Shown here in pieces: positions 60,891 through 64,000 of a DNA stretch of 64,000 nt. The stretch covers positions 95,309-159,308 of the forward strand of contig CAZNUU010000001.1 of the NCBI GenBank assembly GCA_964576615.1, read 5' to 3'. Every line of letters begins with the position of its first letter. The stretch's first letter is position 1. A model generated the notes under the pieces. The model ran no database searches and was not told the DNA's origin. It saw only the letters and a list, made by a program, of their open reading frames with translations. The stretch comes from an uncultured Candidatus Saccharibacteria bacterium (GTDB lineage: Bacteria > Patescibacteriota > Minisyncoccia > Phycocordibacterales > DATDWN01). The position numbers and the translations under genes were made by a program.

Positions 60891-61757
60891 CTAAATAAAC
60901 ATCTCTGCGTTAAAACCGAGGGATCTCTTTATGGAATAGTCTGAAAAGACAATCAGATATTCGAATTTATGGTTATTTATTTTTTCTGGAGGGACAAAAA
61001 ATAAGGCAGTCGTAACCAAATCAGCTAAAATTGTGCTCTCTGCTATTGCCCAAACAGCTAATACATCATTAGCGGATGAAAGTGTCTCGGGATTTATTAT
61101 ATGATGAAAATTTCCCCACTTTCTTCTATTCCCTGCTGAACCACAAATTGATTTGTTTAGAATTGGGATAACCCCAATTACTGAACCAGCATCATCTGGG
61201 TGTTCTAGTCCGACCTTAAGAACCTCCCCGTCCTCACCTCTCTGTCTAATATCTCCCCCCGCATCCACACAGTACGACTTCATTCCTTCTGTTTCTAGAA
61301 GCTCAGATACGATATCAACCAGGTATCCCTTACCTCCTGCCCCAAAGTCCAGAAGTACAGGTTCTTTTATAGTAAGCTTTGGTTCTTGCCAAGACATTGT
61401 GTCTTCCCACTTTTTTGGCTTGGTTAGGATTTTTTCTTCTAGCGAATACCTCGAGTCATAACCAGCATCAACCAGAACTTGCCCAATTAGAGGTGTAACT
61501 AGACTATCAGTTGCGTCATAAAATTCTTTATAAAGCGAAACCATCTTGTGAGCATCAGAAGGTAATACAAATTCCCCTGATTCCTTGGACATTTTGGTTA
61601 CAAGCGAGTCATCTCTAAACCTGGAGTAGTCTTTATCAAAAATATCTATCCGTTTTATTATTTTTTTTAAAAGCAAGTCTTCACTTTCTTCTGAAAGAGG
61701 ATCTTTAATATCAATCACCCAGGAAGTCCCGATGGCTGGAAATCCGAACTTTGTCAT
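60891..61757 (-). CDS. apbE: FAD:protein FMN transferase
   Basis: AIGT, SRFRDDS, DFGAGGKGYLVD, DAGGDI, HHIINP. Confidence 0.92.
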   Translation of the reverse strand: MTKFGFPAIGTSWVIDIKDPLSEESEDLLLKKIIKRIDIFDKDYSRFRDDSLVTKMSKESGEFVLPSDAHKMVSLYKEFYDATDSLVTPLIGQVLVDAGYDSRYSLEEKILTKPKKWEDTMSWQEPKLTIKEPVLLDFGAGGKGYLVDIVSELLETEGMKSYCVDAGGDIRQRGEDGEVLKVGLEHPDDAGSVIGVIPILNKSICGSAGNRRKWGNFHHIINPETLSSANDVLAVWAIAESTILADLVTTALFFVPPEKINNHKFEYLIVFSDYSIKRSLGFNAEMFI

Positions 61758-61774
61758 TTTTTTATTTAGATGAA

Positions 61775-61954
61775 TAATTACTTTTTAAAACATTGCGCAG
61801 GAAATTAGAAAATAACGACGATATGTACCAGTCTGGAGACACTGTCTGAGCGAAGCGGGTTTGCGAAAGGACCAGCATAGAGGAGATTATTTTCTTGATT
61901 TCCGAGCATAGCAAAAGTTCACCAGAACTTTATGCGTGTTTTAAAAAGTAATTA
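61775..61954. repeat. Intergenic palindromic element
   Basis: 18-bp perfect terminal IR TAATTACTTTTTAAAACA with nested internal stems. Confidence 0.75.
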
Positions 61955-61963
61955 CTCATAATT

Positions 61964-62467
61964 CTAGACCTTTGCTTGTACTTCTACTTTAGCCAAAGCG
62001 TCCATAAAACCTTTCGGCGCAAGAGACGAACCGGAAACCTTGTCGAGTTGTACATCATCAATCTTTTTGCCGATAACAAGTGGTTTATAACCAGAAATGA
62101 ATAAACCTTGGTAGTGAATGGAGTTTGGCCTAAATGCCTTCGAGACAACATCTGCACTAACTATCACATCATCTTCCAGAGTAATCGTCACTCCTAACTG
62201 TTCAGCTCCACCTGGAGAGTAATAGTCGCCTACCACAGAATAAGTTCCATCTTTGTATTTATTTTTTTGATCCGAAACTGTGCCGTCTTCCATCTGAACG
62301 TCATTGTTAGTGGTTGTAGTAGTTGCTACAGCGTCATTCGAATCCGATAAAGTATCAGTTGTGTTTTTCTGTTTGAGATATCTGTACCCTCCATACCCGA
62401 TTAAAGCCAAAATAATAACCACTGCAATCCAAATTAAAGCCTTGCTTCCTTTTTTTTGTTCATCCAT
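61964..62467 (-). CDS. Membrane-anchored FMN-binding protein (ApbE substrate)
   Basis: N-terminal TM, YKDGTY, flavinylation-like motif DKVSGSS. Confidence 0.85.
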   Translation of the reverse strand: MDEQKKGSKALIWIAVVIILALIGYGGYRYLKQKNTTDTLSDSNDAVATTTTTNNDVQMEDGTVSDQKNKYKDGTYSVVGDYYSPGGAEQLGVTITLEDDVIVSADVVSKAFRPNSIHYQGLFISGYKPLVIGKKIDDVQLDKVSGSSLAPKGFMDALAKVEVQAKV

Positions 62468-62478
62468 TGTTTTAATTG

Positions 62479-62826
62479 TTAACTATTATTTTTCCAGCCT
62501 TTTTTCATTCCCCTCTTTGGCGCAAATTCTTGGCTAACCTCGCTTGGCACAATATTGTTTTGCTGCAAAATTTGCTTCATAGTTTTGCCGGATCTTAATT
62601 CTTGTTTTATTTCATCTTTATTTAACCCTAAAGTTCCGGCAATGCCATTGGAATTCCAGTGGTGCATCATTTGCATACCGGTTGGCGCACTTCTCTCACT
62701 ATAATGAGAATCGAGGGTTTCTGCTAAAGCAACATTACTTGAGCCCATAAGGATAATTCCAGTGGCAATAGCAGAACTTGCTCCAGAAATTATCGCTTTT
62801 TTTAATTTTCTATATTTTTTCTTCAT
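62479..62826 (-). CDS. Secreted hypothetical protein
   Basis: Signal peptide; AGTLGLNKDEIKQELRSGKTMKQI motif. Confidence 0.65.
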   Translation of the reverse strand: MKKKYRKLKKAIISGASSAIATGIILMGSSNVALAETLDSHYSERSAPTGMQMMHHWNSNGIAGTLGLNKDEIKQELRSGKTMKQILQQNNIVPSEVSQEFAPKRGMKKGWKNNS

Positions 62827-62965
62827 TTCAAATTTATATACTTAATTTTATTTTAACAATATATTTATTTTTTGAAGTATTGATCCCATCACTTACATAT
62901 GTCAGAATATTAATAACAGGTTCATTAATTAATACGTTTAAAACGCCCAAATCGTTGCACCTATA

Positions 62966-63361
62966 ATGGCAAGATCGATCATCAACGACAGGTTCTGGAG
63001 ATATATCACAAATATTTGGTGCTTGATATGCTATGCGGCTATCATTTACGATTTTATTTACGATCATGCTTTAGGGGACGTACTGCCTTCCGTCCTAGTT
63101 ATCTATGTGGCGCTTCTTACTATCTATGCTGGGGTAAAGGAATTTGAGAGATGGTTTGAAAGACATGATGGTCGCCATCCTGGGGAGTGGTTTGTAATCG
63201 GCTGGACAGTCATAGTTATGGGTCTATTTTTAGCCAAGGTGTTTACTCACAAGAATTACCCTATTCCAGGCGAAGTCCTATCTACATACATAGCGGTCCT
63301 AAGTATTATGGCTATTACCCAAAAATCTAAGAGGTTAAAATCCGAGAGAAAAAGACGTTGA
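62966..63361 (+). CDS. Membrane hypothetical protein
   Basis: Four hydrophobic segments, KEFERW...GE motif. Confidence 0.75.
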   Translation: MARSIINDRFWRYITNIWCLICYAAIIYDFIYDHALGDVLPSVLVIYVALLTIYAGVKEFERWFERHDGRHPGEWFVIGWTVIVMGLFLAKVFTHKNYPIPGEVLSTYIAVLSIMAITQKSKRLKSERKRR

Positions 63362-63406
63362 TTGACTTTTCTATATTTTGTACCATTATATTAGAGGGAG
63401 GCTTCC

Positions 63407-63754
63407 ATGAAGACGACTGCGACGCGAGATGTCGGCGGCTTCACATTTGAAGCCGAGCTAATTGACTCACCCGCGGCATCGTGTACCTTACCCCAGGACC
63501 TAAAGTGCCTTCTTTCAGTTGCAAGAGCTGGCAAGGTGCTTTACCTGGGTCAAGAAGTCATGCCCTCAGGCCATCCTAGTCTGCCCATACCGAGAACACT
63601 TCGAGGCTGGATTGCGGGAATTCACTTCCCCAACCCAGAGGATCGCAAGAATCGCATCCTCGATGTGTACTGGTTGGGCACGAGCAGGATCATGCAACTC
63701 AAGATGGAGATGGTCGAGGGATGCTCGTACGAGAACGAAAGAGGGGTCGCATGA
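63407..63754 (+). CDS. Hypothetical protein (cassette)
   Basis: GGAGG SD; hairpin AGGGGTCGC-atgag-GCGACCCCT-TT over the stop. Confidence 0.7.
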   Translation: MKTTATRDVGGFTFEAELIDSPAASCTLPQDLKCLLSVARAGKVLYLGQEVMPSGHPSLPIPRTLRGWIAGIHFPNPEDRKNRILDVYWLGTSRIMQLKMEMVEGCSYENERGVA

Positions 63755-63839
63755 GGCGACCCCTTTAAATTTCTCCATATTTTCAATATATATCAAAACA
63801 ACCTCTCCTTTTTAGGGAGAGGTTGTTTTGATTAAGAAA

Positions 63840-64000
63840 TTAAGATAGGTGCTTAGATACCAGTTTTGTCATTTCAAACATACTGACTGTTCCCTTTCCA
63901 CCGAATACTTTCTTTAAAGCCTCGTCAGCATTGATATTTCTCCTATTCTTTGCATCCTGAAGACCCTCTTTTTTTATATATACCCAGAGCTTCTTTACCA
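63840..64000 (-). CDS. SWIB/MDM2 domain protein (3' part; truncated by window edge)
   Basis: Manual translation VKKLWVYIKKEGLQDAKNRRNINADEALKKVFGGKGTVSMFEMTKLVSKHLS*; hairpin terminator ~63795-63829. Confidence 0.85.
   Translation of the reverse strand, partial: VKKLWVYIKKEGLQDAKNRRNINADEALKKVFGGKGTVSMFEMTKLVSKHLS

Overview
AT-rich bacterial chromosome segment whose gene content and style suggest Patescibacteria/CPR (Parcubacteria-like); this assignment is inference. Housekeeping genes: rpmA, rplI, rplU, cysS, dnaB, recR, uvrA/B/C, dinB, xseAB, tgt, trhO, rmuC, msrA/B, a MacAB-like ABC exporter, two divergent tRNA-Ala genes, large surface proteins and an ApbE flavinylation locus. Four overlaid patterns stand out. 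(1) A double-hairpin element, CCCTA-stem-CGGGCG-stem-TAGCC, is inserted in frame four times in recR, uvrA (twice) and uvrB. Its net lengths are 45, 54, 48 and 57 bp, its stems covary, and it appears to duplicate a CC target. (2) A small GIY-YIG nuclease gene is bracketed by 23-bp inverted repeats, and a gene-less copy with the same ends lies 25 kb away. (3) Intergenic palindromic elements are nested, including a 66-nt module found at CGAGG^A in two unrelated host repeats that also have empty copies. (4) Expression architecture has two tiers: AT-rich core genes look leaderless (-10 box 6-8 nt before the start codon), while about 19 dispersed GC-rich cassettes of one or two genes each carry a Shine-Dalgarno site and a hairpin terminator, most also with a recognisable -35/-10 promoter. 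Also seen: a candidate 6S RNA, a LexA-like box at dinB and an HTH-repeat/SNF2/methyltransferase fusion. All calls were made by eye, without database searches.
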